Assembly: GCA_905178155.1 (NCBI GenBank)
Contig: CAJINV010000004.1
Location: 2,854,460 to 2,918,459 of the forward strand
Direction: 5' to 3'
Origin: Amoebophrya sp. A120
Lineage: Eukaryota; Protista; Dinoflagellata
DNA: 64,000 bases
Under the pieces are notes generated by a model that worked only from the letters and a program-made list of their open reading frames with translations, was not told where the DNA came from and searched no databases. This document shows positions 12,817 through 26,500 of this stretch, piece by piece. The stretch's first letter is position 1, and the number at the start of each line of letters is the position of its first letter. The translations under genes were made by a program, and so were the position numbers.

Positions 12817-14253
12817 GGTGGTTAGACTTAGATAGGAGTTGTAGACCAGTGATATACGACTAGGGGCGAAACTGCAGCAGCGCTACAAAGTGCTTCAAGA
12901 ACAAAAGTCTGGATGAAAACAGATGAAGTTGAAGGTACTAGCGCGCATGCCATGCAAGGAAGAACTTATTCGGTATTAAAATTGCTGTTGCTCCGCATCA
13001 TAACATGGAATAAACAAGGGTATATAAAATCTTGTCTTCGAAGGATCGTTAGGTCGCTCCAGATACAGAAACAGTTTCCGTACAACTTCTATTCGCTTGT
13101 TCTGTTCTATATTTCTTGCGCGACGAGAGATAATACCATGTAGGTAGACCTGTGCAGATATTATTAGACAGAGTAGATGTAGTCGTGCCGGCTGCACCAG
13201 GACAAACGATTCTTGCTCCGCGTGTCACTTCTAAAAATGGTCTTGTCTACTTCATGATTCTGCGGATGCAGACGCCGGCAAAACCTATTCCAATTCGAAT
13301 GAATGTCACCAGGACAACATCGTCGAGAGGAAAGGCTGCAGTTTATTTCTTGATCAACTAATAAAATATGCACCAATTTATCGATGATAAAAATTTGCAC
13401 CACCAACTGAAGATCGCCACATTTGAATTTCTTATAAGGATCTTCATCTTCATCTATTAACATTGACACGGATTTTTCAAGTATGAAGAAGTTCTCACGC
13501 GTGGTTACACTGATCGCTGTTCTTTTTACACGTTTTAGTATGCAGAGTCAATATCACATTCCATGGCCACAAGATGATCAACAAGCTGCTTCGCGTGACA
13601 AGAAATTTTGATTTTCGTTTAGTTCGACGAAGTCCTAGATACTGCTATAGAAGTATTCATTGGAGGAATGATCTTCCGTGGCGGATCTGTGCTGCAAGAA
13701 GGAAGCGCCAGCTCCCGATCAGTATAACGCTTGAGGGTTGAGATGAAGATCGCTTGTACGTGTACCGACAAGTGAAGCAGGCATAAACTGATAAGTCATT
13801 TATACACTGACCTGAGGCTAATTTTTCACCGATGCTGCATTTTGATCCGCTCCCTCGTAGTTAGAACAACATTTTGTTTTTTCAAAACAATTCTGCAATA
13901 GCGGCGGTACAACCTTAAGCTTACAGACCAGTCGAAGGAGCTCTGCGGACCTCCTCGGCTGCAGTACAATGGACACATCAAGGTCCATCACATGATCTTC
14001 GGTGGAGTAGACGCATATTATTTTTTAATATAATACAACAGAGGCAGCTGTTGATTTAAATTCATTTCGGCCTAGTACAAGAACTTCTTGGTGGTCCTCG
14101 ACGTCTCAATGTTGGCTTCAAAGTGACAAGAAGGACGAAACCGAAAGTGGGATATTCCGTTCTGTTCCCCAATATCATCGTCTGGTGGATCACCTAGCAA
14201 GACTTCTACCCCGCCACACACGAAACAGCGGCATCTCCTCAGCTCGTCCTGGT

Positions 14254-17200
14254 TCACTGCAGCAACTGCCTCACGTGGTGCGGGATCAGGTGCAGCGGCT
14301 GCGTCGCGCAGTACTCCTTCAGATAGTTTTTCCACTCGGGAAACTGCGCCAACTGGTCCTCCAACTGCTGGAGCGGTAGGAGCGACAAGACCTTCGCCGG
14401 CACTCGCTTGTCGGCCGCCTTTTCGAAGGAATACTTGATCGACCACCGGATGCCCTCCTGCAACCGGGAGTGTTTCTCGGAAAAGATGATCGGCTTCTTC
14501 ACCAGCGCGGGGAGAATCTCGGTCGAAATGAAGTCGTTTAAGAAGTCGGCGTGTATCAACTGGAAAAGTGTCTGGGTCTGGAAGGATGCGAACTTGTGAC
14601 GCGTGTTGCGGATCATACAAAAATCTGTGTTGCGTGACTTGCAAAAGGTCCCCATTTATTCTGGCCATGCTGAGAGGGCAGCATTTCTCATGCAGTATAG
14701 GCATCGCCAAGGCGCTGCAGAACTACCTGTGATGCTATGCTTTGCATTCCAGACTTGGTGGAACTTGGAAAAACTGCATGACAAATCTCGTAATCTTCCA
14801 GAGGCAGACCCAGACTACATATTTATATATTTGCATTTGATAGTGTGCTTCTGCAGTCGAATCAACGTCCGGAACATCAAGGTGGGGAACCCCACCGCCT
14901 CTTCCTCCTCTTCCGCCAGACTCTGGAGCGCGAACACGTACCGCGAGACATCAATTTCGTCGGCCTCGAGCAGCTCGTGCATCGTGTTCAGACAAATCAC
15001 CGCCTTGGCGGTCGGGATATGAATTGCAAAAGTGTCTGGAGAGTCTGGAAGAATGCAGATTTTTGTCATGCTGTTTTTGCATGACACAAAATGTCTGTCA
15101 TGGAAGCCCTAGCATCACAGACTTCGAGAAGTAGCTTCCGAATTGCTTAATCCGCATGACAAATTCCCCATTTTGGTGACAGGAAGTGGGCGCCTTTTGC
15201 TGCCTGTGCATGAGAGATTTGTCTGTGTTGTGAAATGCGCATCACATCCAGACCCAGACATTTTTGGCACTTGATACGGGACCAGGTCGCACAAGGTCGT
15301 GTTCAAATGGTGGATTTCGCTGAGTAGCTCCGCGTATGAACTGCAAAAGTATCGTATTCGTATAAATGCATTACAAATTTCCTCGGCATGAGAAATAAAA
15401 TTTGTAATGCGGATTTACCTTAACAAAAGGATTTGTAATGCATGACTGCAATACGAGTACGATACTTTTGCACAGAATACCGCGACCCCCAGACAGTTGG
15501 CGTCCACCTCCCCCACCAAGGTTTCGTGGTTGGAACTCCGATATGCATTGCAAAAGTAATATCGTACTCGTCGTATGAATGCGTTACAAATTCCCCCAGC
15601 GTGAGAAATAAAATTTGTCATGCGGATTTGCCTTAAGTCAAAGATTTGTAGTGCAAGACTTGCATTCACATTCTCATTCATACGAATACGATACTTTTGC
15701 ACAGGATATCCGGACCAGGTGGCGAATGATCCACTTCACGTCTTCCCCGCTCATCTTGCTCGACGTCAGCAAATCGGTTAAGTACCGCACGCAGTCGTTC
15801 CGCGGGACCAGGGCGATGATCGGCATCAGCAGGCGCGGGTTGCCCAGACTCTCGTACTTGGCCAACACCACGTCGCGAAACCGGAAAGGCAGGTTCATGG
15901 GGCGCGCCTTGCGCTCCTCGTCGGTGCTCGCCTGCGCGTACGTGTCCAGTCGCTCCTGCAGCAAAATCTGGAGCATTTTTCCGACCAGGTCGAGCGCGTT
16001 TATGGCGCTCTCAACCGTTACACTCTCAACTGTTACATGAATTTGTCATGCAGAACTACCATCAAGATTCACACTGGAAAGCTGCTTCGCATGACAAATT
16101 TGCGAAGGGCTAAACAGCACCTAAATCTGTGCAAAGCCAACCTCTCCCCTTTCACTTTTCCAATTCTTGCATCACAAATCCACGTAACAGTTGAGAATGT
16201 AACAGTTGAGAATGCCATAGCGTTCACCCGCTCCGTGGCGCCGATCACCTCCAGCAGCTCCGTCCCCTGTTGCGCCTCGGGGTCAATGTGCTTCTATGCA
16301 TTGCAAATGTGTACGTAGTACTATGGATCGTCTGGAGTTGGAGACATGCAGACTCGTGACGCGGCGCATTTCAGATCGTTGTACGAAAATCTGTCATGCA
16401 TAAACAGCAAAAGCCTCCCGCTGTTGCGCTTCTTGTCACCGAATAAAGAGGACGCTTGTATTTGTATGAGTTCTGCTCATGCCGATGCCCATGCGGATCA
16501 TTTAGGCATAATTTATTGGCAGGCCTTGTAAAAAAATGTGGTGCTAGGACAACTTGCATGCCAGACCAAGTTGTGCAGGGTGATGAAGCAAAACCAGCAT
16601 GCCAGAGATCTGCACGCAACTACATGATCCAGGCCCACCAGTAGACATGATACTTTTATTTGCATTTGATAGCTTCACGGCCTCGCCAATGTGCTCCGCG
16701 AGGGTGTCCTTCACAGCCTCCAGTATGAAAGCCTCACAATGGAAATCCTCAAAGTGGAAATAATTTGTGACGCATGAAATGCAAGGCGAAAAAGACTGTA
16801 TTGCAGAGGACACGACAATGGAGACCGACTATTGTCCTGCTAGGGGTTCAGAATTGGGCTGCTGATTAGCACGAGAAAAGGGCACCCCTTTGCCTACCTA
16901 GCATGACAGACATGCTTTGAGTGCCCGGAAAATTTGCCATGCGCCGACTAGAAATGGCACTTCAACTGGAGCCGTTTTTTTGCATTACAAATTATTTCCA
17001 CTTTGAGGATTTCCAACCTGACGAGGCTTTCATATCCAGAGGGCCGGCCTGTTGCTCCGCGATCGAGTAGACCTCCAGCAGCTGTGTGAGCAGTAACGGT
17101 TTCTTGATGCTCATGGCTAAAAACAGCCAGTGGCGCTGCGTGCCCGGCACGACGTGGGGGTTGTTTAGAATCTCCTCGACAATCTGCCGCACGTACCCGG

Positions 17201-20200
17201 AGGGAGGCTATGCACCGCAAAAGCATCGTCATAGTACAAATCGCATGTTGACACTTTGGCTTAGCATTACAAATTAAATTGAATTTGTATATGCGGATTT
17301 ACCTTAACAGCTAAATTTGTCATGCACGACTGCGTCCTCTGCGATTAGTACGAGTACGATGCTTTTCCAATGCATAGATGCAGCGTTTCGCCAAACTTCT
17401 GGTACCCGACCATACTCCGCAGCATCTGCGTCGCGAGATCCTCCAGGTCCTTGCCTTTCAGCGCATCCAGCGCAATCACGCTGTTCATGTTCGTGTCGGC
17501 CACTTGGTGCTGGGCAGCTCCTGTCGTGGATGACGAGGAGGAGGAAGCTTGGTGTTCTACGACTCCAGCTTCCCCCCCTTCCTCCTCCGTTTTCTTCTTC
17601 GAAAGCATGTCTTGCGGCGAGTAGACTTTTCCGGCCAGATATGCAATGTAAATTTCCTGTACATGTACAAAATGCATGACAAATTTCGCTACCTTGCAGA
17701 GTCCAACTTGTCATGCTGGACTAGGTTTGAAGGCAAGTTTTGTCATGCAGAGACTGCGTTTGTACGTGTACGGGAAATTTACTGTGGATACCAGAAACCG
17801 GGTCGCGGTTTGGCAGGTGGATTCGTCGGTGATCGGGCCCTCGCTCAGATGGGTGTACGCCATCTTGAACAGCACCCGCATCGCCTGCGCGCGGGCCTGC
17901 GGAAACTTCTCGGCCACGTAGAAGCAGGTGATCAGCGCCTGCCGCCGCGTGCCCTCGTGGTGGCACTGGCCCTCCAGCTTCGCGAACAACGACTCGGGGA
18001 GGTAGGGCAGGAGGCCGAAGAACTCGCGGAGCTCCTTTTTCGTCACGGTCCCGAACTGTTTGGCGTACACGCGCAGAAAGAGGTCGAACATATGACAGCG
18101 CACAACTCCCCCACCTCCCCCTCATTGGTAGTATATCAGCACGAAGGGCAACACAAGCATCAGCAAGACTGCCGGTTTTGCATGGCAAATTTAAATTGCA
18201 CGACTGGATTGTCGCGCTATTTGGGCTACCAGAACTTGTCATGCATAATAGTGAAAGGAGGGAAAGTGTGCTGGATTGGGTGCTTTGCATGAGAAATGAG
18301 AACGAGGGGGAGTAGCATGTTGTGCACTGTGATAGAACAAGCTCGCATAGCTGAAGTCGTGGTCGCTGGCCACTTCCAGCGCGATATCCTGAGGAAAAAT
18401 GTCCCCACCCCAGAGCTGTCATGCAGATTTGCGATTACAGGAAGATTTGTAATGCGCATCTCCTTGAGAGGCGTTTCCAATCGTGTTTTGGAATTCGTAA
18501 TGCTGTAAACAGGATAGGCAGATGGATTCGTGATGCGGTTGTCGTTGCTAGTAACATGCACTACTCTACGGACTGCAAGTTGTCATGCGTGGCTCCCAAA
18601 ACTCGTCGATTTGTGTTGCTACGTTCCCATCTTGACTCTGGTGTGGGGACGTTTTTACATATGATACGCGACCTTGAGCCGGGACCGGTCCTCCATGGTA
18701 CGCTGGATCGTGGAGGCGTACTTGGCATAGAAGAGGGGCAGGATGTCTTGCTGCCACGTGTCGTTTATGCATTGCAAAAGCATCGGACTAGTACAAAACG
18801 CATGACAAATTTTTCGTTTAAGGAAAAATGAAATTTGTCATGCAGAACAAGCTAAAAAAGCAGATCTGTCATGCAAGACCTGCATTTATAGATACGAGTA
18901 CGGTACTTGTGCACAGGATATCGTTCGATTTCACCAGCGCCTTGCCGATGGCTTTCCCGTAAAACACCTCCTCCAACAGAGGGTCTTCGATGAAACTGGC
19001 GAGGTGGGAAACCACACGGTTATTCATCTGGTCGAACTGTTTCAGCGCTGAGTCGGCCATATCAAATGTAAAAATGTCTGGGTCTGGAAGAATGCAAGTT
19101 TGTCATGCTTGTCTCACATGACTCTTGAATTTGTCATGCACATTACCCAAGAGCCCTATTTTTCTGTCATGCAGAAACGCAGTTTGTCATGCGGAAGAGG
19201 CAATAGACAATAGACACCCAAAATAGCTCGTAGAACCCTGTCAACTTCCGCCAAGTGAAACATCACTGGTGAGGTGAGCCCAGGGCCCCTGGAGGTGAGA
19301 AACGAGGGTGGCACCTATAGTCGACCATACCAACTGGTCAACCAGGAAATGAGGAAGTGGGTAAGGAACACAAATGTCCCGGGATAACAAAAACTGAATA
19401 TCCCGCACAACCTCTAGAGAAGAGGCAACACCTAGAAGCTCAGAAACTTGTCATGCTGAGCCAGCACTTGTGGCCTCCTCATGATACGCCACCCGGCATC
19501 ACAAGTTTCCAGACCCAGACATTTTTGCATTTGATAGGCCACGCAGCTGGCCTGCAGACTCCGCATCATCCGGGACCGGGCCTGCAGCACCTCGTGAAAG
19601 ACCATCTGTTGCATACCCTGGATCTGCTGCTGCCCTGCCGACCCCTCGAACTGCGTCACCGTGGTGTCCAGGTACTGCTCCTTCGTGCTATCCTTAATCT
19701 TCTGCCGTTTCCTCGCCCGCGGGTCCGCCACCTCCTGGTCGGCCTCGTCCAGGAAGGAGTCCGCAGTGACTACCTTGCCGCTCCCGGGAACGAGGGTGGC
19801 GGCCCCCTGGGTTCCCACTTTTCCTCCGCCGCCAGCTACCGCGGCGCCTCCGGTACTCGGCAAAGCCTCCAGATCCTTCGTCGCGCGCAGCGGCTGCTCA
19901 AACGTCTTCGCCGAGTCGAGCTGCTTTTCCAAGCCGGTGAGGCACACGCGAGCCGCGTCCTTGGGGTTCAGCCGCAGAGTCATCAGTGTATACGGTTCGA
20001 CGTACTTGGTCTGGTCGGTTTCTACCAATTCCGACGCGGACACGACTTGCTCCGTCCCCAGCAGCGTGTCGCCATCAAAGGGCAGCTTCGTATGCAATAC
20101 AAACTTCCCGTACATGCACAAAATACATGACAAATGATTTCGCTATTAACCTGGTGGAGTCGGGTCAAAGAACTTGTCATGCTGACTAAGTAGCCTAATG

Positions 20201-22097
20201 CTGAAGGCAAGTTTTGTCATGCAGGAACAGCGTCTGTACGTGTACGGAAAATTTCATGTGGATACTCCAGAATCTCCTGCACCAATGGGTTGCGTCGCTT
20301 CTCGGAATATTTCGCGCGCAGCTGATCCTGCCGCGCCACCGCAATCAAATTCTCCATGGGAAGACCTAAAATAGAATGCAGCAGGAGCAGCTTGGTGGAA
20401 TTGCAAATACTCAGAATACTGCAATTAGGAGATCATGCAAGTCAACATGCAGCACAATAAAAAGCTTATTCATATCATCGCGGCTTTCTGTCGTCGCACC
20501 CGCATCGGCGTTGATAAAACATCATGTCCTACTTCCGAACAAGATATATAAATTTACAGCGACATCAAAGCAGATGAATCATCAACCTACTAGTACAAAG
20601 CAACAAGAAAATTCATCAAGCAGTTTTTATTTTACCCGCACTGGTCGGGTCGATCCGCTTCAAGACGTGGACGCAGGTCGCGTGGTAGTCGCCGTCGAGC
20701 GGACACGCGAGAAAGGACCGCATATCAACTGCAAAAGTGTCTGGGTCTGGGAGAGTGCCAGACTTGTCACGCAGGTTTTCCATGACCCATGAGGTCTGGT
20801 ATGAAGGACATAGCATGAGAGATTCTGTGGGAGTTCTATCATGCCTATCCTGCATGAGAAACCGCCTCTCGATTAGGTTAAAAGTGGACAGCTTTTGGTA
20901 ATCACGCAACACAGATTTTTACATCATTCAGATATAGCATGACAAGTTGATTTGTTCCAGACCCAGACATTTTTGCATGTGATACCGCACGTGAAACGAT
21001 AGTAAAGTGTCGAGCCAGGGGTCCTGGCCGATGCATTTTTGGAAGGCCTCCAAGACGCGAGACAAGATCTGCGGCCGGTACCGACCGATGACTGACAGCG
21101 CGTCCAACAGGGAAATGACGTGGTCCGGGTTGCTCTGGGCCTGGGGCTGGGTCAGGCACTGGTCGAGAAGCGTGATTAGCCCGGACAGCCGCTCCGTGGC
21201 CCGCTCGGTGAGGTGTGACAGTGCACAACTCCCCCTCCCCCTCATTTCTGTAGCATGAAGGGCAACACAAGCAGTGGTACAAATGTGGCTGTCGCATGAC
21301 AAATACACGCGCGGTGGATTGTAGGGCACTACTTTGGGCTTCGAAAACTTGTCATGCATGTAGTGCCACAAATAAGCCAAGAGTGGATTTGGTATTTTGC
21401 ATCACAAATGGGGGGGATGAGATGGAGTTGTGCATTGTCATATGAGGTGTGTGGGGGACAGAAAGTCGTTTGGGGGGATGTCCTCGATGCTCGCTACGCC
21501 GCGCTGCTCCGCGCCGATGCTGGGACGCACGAAGACCGCGGATGAGGTGGTGATGATGATTTGGTGCGCGATAAAGAGACAGGCTTGGTGGAACGGCGTG
21601 CTCTTACTTTGGTCGTTGGCGAGGTTTTGCACGCTGTACTCCAGAATTTTCCAGATCCGATCCTGCAGCTGCGCCAAGGCCTGGCACGCGGCCTCTACGT
21701 TGCTGCTCTGCGCCGAACTCGCTTTTGCGATCAGTAATAGAGCGCGGCTCTGCAAACTGCGGGCGGACTGGATGGCGATCTGCCTCGTCAGGCTGTCCGG
21801 GTCTTCCAACAAGGAGATGCAGGCGGGGACGCACCGCAGCGCCATTTTTGACTTTCGCAGCGCCACCTGCTCGAGAAAGTACGCCAGGTAGCGCCGGAGC
21901 GGCGGCGGCCGCGAGTCATAGTGGCGGAGGTGCAAAAAATTTTGCAGCACCGCCTCGATGCACCGGTAACTGGGGTCGTCTACCAGAACGAACTTTTCAA
22001 TGCGGAGCAGCAGATTCAGCTTCTCTTTTGCCTCGCTGCACTCGTCCAGAGCCCGGAAAGCCTGCTCCGCCTTTCGCAGCGCCTCGATTGTGGCCAT
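14254..22097 (-). CDS. SYMPK: Symplekin (pre-mRNA 3' processing scaffold), split by 16 introners plus at least one GT-AG intron
   Basis: N-terminal HEAT-like region (LRRYLAYFLEQV..CISLLEDPDSLTRQIAIQSARSL). C-terminal symplekin domain (PRLLMPIIALVPRNDCVRYL; FPTLMFRTLI..FISTEILPALVKK..LQEGI..VLSLLPLQQL..L). Confidence 0.8.
14554..14842. mobile_element. Introner, family B
   Basis: DR gcgtg/gtgtg; reverse relative of 31288-31516. Confidence 0.85.
15018..15276. mobile_element. Introner, family B
   Basis: DR cggga/cggga. Confidence 0.85.
15335..15479. mobile_element. Introner, family A (145 bp)
   Basis: DR ccgcg/ccgcg; near-identical to 30639-30783. Confidence 0.9.
15542..15708. mobile_element. 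Introner, family A
   Basis: DR tccga/tccgg. Confidence 0.85.
16001..16219. mobile_element. Introner with tandem subrepeats in its TIRs
   Basis: tatggcg(ctctcaacYgttaca)x2..(gtaacagttgagaat)x2 gccata; DR gcgtt/gcgtt. Confidence 0.85.
16295..16671. mobile_element. Introner, B-like, decayed
   Basis: tatgcattgcaaat..atttgcatttgata; DR gcttc/gcttc. Confidence 0.8.
16724..17034. mobile_element. Introner, family C2
   Basis: tatgaaagcctc..ggaaatcctcaaagtggaaataatttgt TIR; DR tccag/tccag. Confidence 0.9.
17209..17376. mobile_element. Introner, family A
   Basis: DR gaggc/gatgc. Confidence 0.8.
17640..17790. mobile_element. Introner, family D
   Basis: tatgcaatgtaaatttcc..ggaaatttactgtggata; DR ccaga/ccaga. 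Confidence 0.9.
18091..18334. mobile_element. Introner, family E
   Basis: tatgacagcgcacaac..gttgtgcactgtgata; DR gaaca/gaaca. Confidence 0.85.
18385..18666. mobile_element. Introner, family G
   Basis: tatcctgaggaaaaatgtccccac..gtggggacgtttttacatatgata; DR cgcga/cgcga. Confidence 0.85.
18766..18920. mobile_element. Introner, family A
   Basis: DR tcgtt/tcgtt. Confidence 0.85.
19060..19536. mobile_element. Introner, family B (252-bp type) carrying a nested insertion
   Basis: 30-bp TIR tatcaaatgYaaaaatgtctgggtctggaa; DR ggcca/ggcca. Confidence 0.9.
19194..19428. mobile_element. 215-bp insertion nested inside an introner, 10-bp target duplication
   Basis: gaagaggcaa at 19194-19203 and 19419-19428. 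Removing the insert gives a 252-bp element collinear with 41079-41330. Confidence 0.85.
20091..20264. mobile_element. Introner, family D
   Basis: Collinear with 17640; flanks cttcg/ctcca. Confidence 0.8.
20723..20984. mobile_element. Introner, family B
   Basis: DR ccgca/ccgca; reverse relative of 49788-50080. Confidence 0.9.
21214..21442. mobile_element. Introner, family E (left end TGT)
   Basis: DR tgagg/tgagg. Confidence 0.85.
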
Positions 22098-23568
22098 CTT
22101 GATGTACTAATAGGGGAAGAAAAACTTCTACCAGATATCTTTATCTGTATGATTCAGCATAGGCATATCATGTGGTGACACACAATGGTGTCGGTGTACG
22201 CAATCGCACAAAGAGTCGTGCTCGTGGTGCGGCACAGCTTTTTCTTGTCTTCGCTGTTGGTATCGAGGTCATAAATTTTTCACGGCGTACAAAACAAATC
22301 TAGAAGGGAGTTATTGCCTGCCTGCTACAAAAACTGTACGAGTCATCAAAACACTTTATGTTTCTAAATTCATTACTCTTTTGGAAACGTTTCTAAGTGT
22401 CGAAAACCGTTGTTGGAGTGTCGCTGATGGAGAAAAAGAAAATGCAGACCATAACTACGTACATACTTGATCCAACACGAAGATGATGATCGACAATCTC
22501 ATCAATCGGAAGATCTTCGTCCACCAAACTACAGGCCGTAAATGTATCAATCTAAGGTCGTTCCTGCTGCAAGAGCCAATGGCTGATCGAAATAAAGATG
22601 AGTGCGACGGCGCAGTTGTCACGGAAAAAAGTTCGTGAATTTTCGCAAATGGTGGATCGATGTCGATCTGCGTGCGGCTTCTTTGTAGCAAAGCTGCTAG
22701 TACCTGCTACATGTCTAGTTCTATCGTATGTGGTCGGAAGTCGCCCTCGCGCTCGCCTGATACAAATGAGATTGACAACGGAACGAAGACAAACTAGTAC
22801 AGCATTGAGATTGACACCAGCTGTCCTCCCAGTTCTCTTTCATCTTCCGTATGATCCGCGATCTTCGGGAAAAGGGAAAACAAAAATATCGTTTCAATTT
22901 TTCATGTTCAAATCCAAAATACACAGCTTCACTCACGCACAGCTAGTATCAAATGTGATCCTCGTGCTACGCTGTGGCAAAAATGATGGTTAGAGATGGC
23001 GAAACCTAGTGAGTAGTTATGACTTCTGAACAAGATCCTCTCCACCTCCTGGTGGTCATCGATCGTCATGAAGCTTATCGAAGGTGTTTCTTTCATCGTT
23101 CGTGTGTGGTGCAACTGCGACATGAAAATAAGATCAACACCGTCACCGACCTCGTTCTCCTTCCTTAGCAGGAACAGGATAAGAGCTTCCGCTGGTGGGC
23201 GCGAACATCTTCTGTGCTAGGCGTTCAAGTGAACATGATGAACAAGCAAAACTACTGTTCATTCTACTTTGAATGATATGCCCTGCTGTTTGGGCAGCAC
23301 AAGCACTGCGAAAAGTGATTGGAAAAAACAAGAAAGGCGGCCGCGAGGTCCTCGACAGAGCCTCCACTCCTCCAAGATAATCGCAACACCACGACTGCAT
23401 CAACAGTAGGTGTTGGAGTTGCGTTTCAGTTTTACTCTATTTATACTTCTTGTTCATCCAACGACCACCTCGTCCCGGGGAAAAGAAAATTACTTCGTCC
23501 GTGATGCCGAACAAAGTACCTCCGAACACATCGGATCAAAAACAAACACTCGAGATATCACTTATCCC

Positions 23569-26500
23569 TCACGTCAAGCAGCCGTTCTGCTGTCCCGGCG
23601 TGCAGTAGGGAATGTCCTCGGTTCCCCGGTGTTCTTGCGTCGGATGCGGATGCGGGGACTTTTCTACGACCACCATGCCATCGTAGAAGGAAATGTCGTT
23701 CACAGACGTGTATCCTGTGCAAAAGTAACGTACTCTTACTACTTGCAGGCATGATGCGTCACAAATCCTACTGTTAAGGTAAAACAGCATGACAAAATCA
23801 GTTTTTCATGCTGACAAAATTTGTAATGCAATTTAAATTTATACTAACTAGTGCGATACTTTTGCAATTCATAACGTGACGAAGGGGTCGTTCCAGGGGT
23901 TCACCGGAGCCCCAGGCTGCGCGAACTTCTATATGCACTACAAATAAGTACCTCTGGGTCTCGATCTCGTCCTGGAAAAAAATTGCATGACTTGCAATGC
24001 TGAACCACAGTGTTCCTGAATTATGTACGACATGCTACGGTGCTAGAAGGGCAAGGGTATTGCTTCTTTGTCGTACAAAAATACGGCTAGGGCTACTTCG
24101 CTTCATGCGACTTACGCATAATTGCAGAACCGTTCTTCAAAAATTCGTCATGCTTGAAGATGAAGACTGCCTTCTGCCCCTGCTGTAACAAGTCTTCTAC
24201 CCTTGTTCCTATGCCTATCTTTGCATGACAAGTTCAGGTTTCTGTTTCCAGACCCAGATACATCAATTTGCCAAATCCATATTCCAATACCCGTTCACGT
24301 AGTCGACTCTGGTTTTCATGTGTATGGGAGTGTCAAAATCGAAATTGACAAAATCGAAATCATTTGTCATGCATAAAATGGATTCCAGTTCGAACCCAGT
24401 TTCTAAGTGGCGCATCACAAATTGTAGCGGTGCCTAAATCCAGTTCGTAATGCTGTTTAGGCAAAGAAGACTTATTCTCTAATGCTGCCTTAGCAGCTCG
24501 AGCTATAACCCCAAACAGGCTCACAATCGGCCTCACTTGCCTGCTCTGCAACACACGTATTTCGCGTCATGCATTTTTTGCATCCCAAATTTTTCGATTT
24601 TGTCGATTTCGATCCTAACACATCCATAATGTGCTCCACGAACGACTCCTGCTGCGAACTGACCGCGGGGAGACTCAGGATGCTCGCCGGGGCTTGCTGC
24701 ATGTGCACCGATATGCATTGCAAACGCGTAATATCAATTGTCGCCACGCGCATGAAAAATCTCTTTCCAAAAAAATACCTGGAGCAGCATCTTTTTACAG
24801 ATTCCACTTCGTTTTTTCTTGTCGATGAAATTATTGCTATTTATACTAGGTAAGTACTAGTACGACTACGATAGAACAAGTACTTTTGCAATCCATAACC
24901 GAGCTCTGCGGCGCACCGTAGTTGGTCGTGACGTCTTCCACAATGTAGACGCCGTTGTAGATGTGCAGGTGCGGGTACATAGTTTCAAAAGTCGCGATTT
25001 GGTGCCACGCGATGTGCGATCCGTCGTCAAGAACGATGTGTAAGGGTGCGCCCGAAGCGGCGATCTCCTGTATGAGTGTGCACAACTCCCGCCCCTCCCC
25101 ATCATTTGAAGGGCATAAGTTGCAACACAAGTCCTGGCATAAGTGCAGCTTTTGCATGGCAAATTCGCGACCGGTTCTAGTGCTATATCGGCTTCCGGAG
25201 TCTGTCATGCAAGCTGTGCCAAAGGGGAAAGAGTGGAGGATTTGGTATTTTGCATGACAAATGAGGGGGAGCAGGGGAAGTTGTGCATTATCATATCCTG
25301 CTGCACGGACGCTAAAAACGAGGCGTCCGACTGGTCCCCGATGAAAATTTATCGTGTGCAAAAGTATCGTACTCGTACTAATCGCATTTATGCATTACAA
25401 ATCTCTTTATCAAGGAAAATCAGCATTACAAATTCAATTTGTAATGCTGGGCGAACTTGTAATGCAATTTATACTAGGACGATGCTTCTGCACAGGATAA
25501 AATTTTCGTGTTCGGGTATTTCTGCTCGATTTGCTTGTATGAGAGTGGTGCACAACTCTTCCCCCTCGTCTCCCGTATTTGAAAAGCGACAGAGACTAGG
25601 GCCGCGCGGCAAAGCCGCGTAGCTTATGCGTGACAGATTTCATCATCTCAACAGACGCAACCTGTGCAAGTATACTTGTGTTAGGGTCTTGGTCCAGCTC
25701 GACGAGCTTGTAATGCAAGGCGAAGCTGTTTCATCTATTGGGCGATAGTACAACAGGTGAAGCTGAGGGTGTCCTCGTGTGTTGTTTCGTGACATCAAAT
25801 GAGGGGGAACGGGAAGTAGGAGATGTGCACTCTCAACATAGCTTACAGGCCGGGTTCACGTCGATACCATAGTAGTGCAGGTTCGGCCCGAAGTATTCGC
25901 GCCACATCCCCACCTCTCCGCCGGACTGGACCCCGATGACCAGCATGTTGAGTCGCTGATCCCGGTAGGCGCGCAGCGGATCCAGGTGCCGGTGGTTATG
26001 GAAGTGTCAGGATTGAAATCGTCAAAGTTGGAATGACTTGCAATGCATAAAATGCAAGCCACAAAGTGCCTGTCTTGCAGAGTAGGCAAGGGAGGCAGAT
26101 TGCAAGCCTGTTGAGGGGTAGAGATAGAGCTGCTAAAGTAGCATGACAAAAGGCATCTTCCTTACCCAAACAGCACTACAGACTGGATTTAGGCACCGCC
26201 AAAATTTGTCACGCGCCACTTGAAAGAAAACTGGGTTCCAACTGGCATCCATTTTATGCATGGCAAATCATTTCAACTTTGTCAATTTCAATCCTGACTA
26301 CAGTTCCATAGTGGTAGACCTGAAAGTAGTGGTGCCACTTCCAAATTTTCAAGCCCGTGGTGTACTTGAAAAAGTACTCCGCCAGGGGATTGGTGACCCA
26401 GGCCGGACGCGCGCCGTTCGGATCGGTGGTCACCGTGTAGGGGTTATGCATTGCAAATATCCCTGGATGTCTGTGGAAACGTGTGATGCTGGGCGGCGTG

